Source of the DNA: a virus
Taxonomy: Duplodnaviria > Caudoviricetes
Length of the DNA: 64,000 bases
Direction: 5' to 3' (one strand)
IMG/VR virus record: IMGVR_UViG_3300047160_036266
Coordinates: 256,001 to 320,000 of that record
Of the stretch, positions 63,372 through 64,000 are shown in pieces. The translations under genes and the position numbers were made by a program. The notes under the pieces were generated by a model, which had not been told where the DNA came from, did not search any database, and worked only from the letters and a program-made list of their open reading frames with translations. The number at the start of each line of letters is the position of its first letter. Positions within the stretch are counted from its first letter, which is position 1.

Positions 63372-63578
63372 TTAGTCAGCGTAACGCATGTCGTCGTAAT
63401 ACTGGCGTGCTGTGCGGGCGTCTACTTCGCCGGCACCCTTGCACAACTGGCATTCCTCGCCGTCCACTTCACCCTCACCCCGGCAGGCGGGACAGTTGGT
63501 GTCGTCATCATAAGGTGAAGCCAGCTTCCAGGCGTCATAGCCCGGCAGGTTCTCGATGTACTGCTGAAACGTCTTCAT
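63372..63578 (-). CDS. Small protein with a CTS-like N-terminus and a DnaJ-type zinc finger
   Basis: MKTFQQYIE start; CPACRGEG and CQLCKGAG (CxxCxGxG x2); SD AGGGAG. Confidence 0.8.
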   Translation of the reverse strand: MKTFQQYIENLPGYDAWKLASPYDDDTNCPACRGEGEVDGEECQLCKGAGEVDARTARQYYDDMRYAD

Positions 63579-63587
63579 TGTTCTCCC

Positions 63588-64000
63588 TTACATCTTCGAG
63601 TGGACCAAGTTGCTGTAGTCGGTGCCAGTGGTGCGGACAATGATCCTGCCTTGCCCGTCCGAATTCTGATCCAGTTCCGCACTGCGGATGTCGTTTTCCG
63701 CCTCGGCGCTCTTGGTGAAGAACTTCTTGATTTCTTCGGTCACGGCCTGGATAATCTGATGAGCGGCTTCCTCGGCTTTGTAGTCATCGCCCATATAATC
63801 GTTGTACATTTCCTCCAGGTCCAGGGGATATGCCTTGCCGTAGGGGTGGGTCATTTCCTGCTTCTGCACCCGGTAGGCCAGCACGTCACCGATCTTGTAA
63901 ATACGGATGCCGTCGAAGGACAAGCTCTTCGTGGGACTTTTGACGAAGAGAAAAGGGTCATCCTCGTTAAGATGGTCGGTGACGCCAATCCCCTGGCGTT
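63588..64000 (-). CDS. Hypothetical protein, 5'-truncated by the window edge
   Basis: The frame stays open upstream of the track start (RQGIGVTDHLNEDDPFLFVKSPTKS...) to the window end. Confidence 0.7.
   Translation of the reverse strand, partial: RQGIGVTDHLNEDDPFLFVKSPTKSLSFDGIRIYKIGDVLAYRVQKQEMTHPYGKAYPLDLEEMYNDYMGDDYKAEEAAHQIIQAVTEEIKKFFTKSAEAENDIRSAELDQNSDGQGRIIVRTTGTDYSNLVHSKM

Noticed and set aside
1-64000. Stop-codon recoding as seen in some huge phages
   Set aside because: Code 11 gives near-complete gene tiling, including a 12-kb ORF, and TAA, TAG and TGA all terminate abutting genes.
1-64000. tRNA or rRNA genes
   Set aside because: No cloverleaf or rRNA-like segment was recognised in the few short intergenic gaps; tRNAscan-SE would be needed to exclude them formally.

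Overview
The window is part of a large, fairly GC-rich (roughly 55-60% by eye) T4-like tailed phage genome, probably a jumbo myovirus, read in the standard bacterial genetic code. It carries packaging genes (intein-containing gp20-like portal, gp17-like large terminase, gp2-like DNA end protector) and a long minus-strand tail/baseplate operon: a 4154-aa tape measure, tube initiator, gp53, hub, gp5-like spike, gp25, gp6, a wedge protein, collar/fibre proteins, three paralogous PKD-type proteins and an 11-aa-repeat fibre. Replication genes are a DnaG-like primase and a RecB-like nuclease. Accessory genes are numerous: a TGT/DpdA-fold base-exchange enzyme, an HhH-GPD glycosylase, an Acb1-like 2H phosphoesterase, a CYTH enzyme, an M4/M36-like protease, a hyper-acidic peptide, an actin-like ATPase, GT9/MAF/GT2-like glycosylation genes, a nucleoside deoxyribosyltransferase-like protein and a SET-domain protein. 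The most striking signals are four. (1) A T4 capsid-targeting-sequence-like N-terminal tag on several unrelated enzymes suggests a packaged, co-injected cargo of DNA-modifying and anti-defence proteins. (2) A candidate virion glycosylation module is coupled to a Ser/Thr/Pro-rich fibre. (3) A recurring TAnATA late-promoter-like motif often sits only 4-8 nt from start codons. (4) A hairpin flanked by face-to-face -10 boxes lies between the nuclease and the primase. All family calls come from motif recognition by eye; no database searches were run.
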